Source: a virus. Taken from it: DNA of 64,000 bases. Location of the stretch: IMG/VR virus record IMGVR_UViG_3300045988_167582. One strand, written 5' to 3'. A model generated the notes under the pieces. That model made no database searches, had not been told where the DNA came from, and saw only the letters and a list, made by a program, of their open reading frames with translations. How positions within the stretch are numbered: position 1 is the first letter of the stretch; each line of letters starts with the position of its first letter. Shown piece after piece: positions 63,901-64,000 of this stretch. The position numbers and the translations under genes are program-made.

Positions 63901-64000
63901 GCAAACGCCCGACAGCACCCCACCCTTTGCGGTGTAGGGTGTAGGGCAAACGCCCGACAGCACCCCACCCTTTGCGGTGTAGGGTGTAGGGCAAACGCCC
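63901..64000. repeat. 45-bp tandem repeat (2.2 copies visible, runs off the window)
   Basis: Unit GCAAACGCCCGACAGCACCCCACCCTTTGCGGTGTAGGGTGTAGG starts at 63901, 63946 and 63991. Confidence 0.9.

Noticed and set aside
63656-63994. Minus-strand ORFs with repeated PYTLHRKGWGAVGRL
   Set aside because: They are simply translations of the 45-bp tandem DNA repeat and the terminator region.
63901-64000. CRISPR array hypothesis for the 45-bp repeats
   Set aside because: The units are directly adjacent with no unique spacers, and there are no cas genes in the window.

Overview
Nearly the whole window is one temperate, siphovirus-type phage or prophage genome. It is at least 62 kb, continues past the left edge, and looks like it belongs to a low-GC Firmicutes/Clostridia-type host. 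It forms two convergent transcription blocks that meet at a Tn916-type xis-int/attP-like region (~19.8-20.1 kb). PLUS block (1-19.8 kb): ERF/SSB/Cas4-like recombination genes, DnaB, primase and DnaE, PhoH-like and ClpP-like proteins, and an archaeal/eukaryotic-type PTH2-like hydrolase. It also holds a large nucleotide-metabolism set (divergent ThyX-like protein, dNMP kinase, 5'-nucleotidase, NrdH-like redoxin, NrdD, NrdG, FTR-like Cys protein, dUTPase), two decayed homing endonucleases, then xis and int. MINUS block (62.0 down to 20.5 kb): a consensus promoter with a long leader, a short tyrosine recombinase, a P-loop ATPase and a YonO-like single-subunit two-barrel RNA polymerase. These are followed by a metallophosphoesterase, a XerC/D-like recombinase plus HU, terminase, portal, head and tail genes (2372-aa tape measure), fibres and the lysis cassette. 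The block ends beside attP with a low-GC accessory cassette: a ComF-type PRTase plus a stand-alone DprA/SLOG-like protein. The last ~1.5 kb is a compositionally distinct GC-rich segment with its own promoter, an HTH (sigma region-4-like) gene, a terminator and a 45-bp tandem repeat running off the window. The strongest candidates for something new are (i) the PRTase+SLOG pair, (ii) the YonO-like RNAP module together with the terminator-punctuated late operon, and (iii) the self-contained anaerobic RNR redox set. I recognised no rRNA, tRNA, CRISPR array, reverse transcriptase, DNA methyltransferase or CI/Cro-type repressor. All calls come from reading motifs and ORF context by eye. No database search or folding program was run, so family assignments are hypotheses of varying strength.
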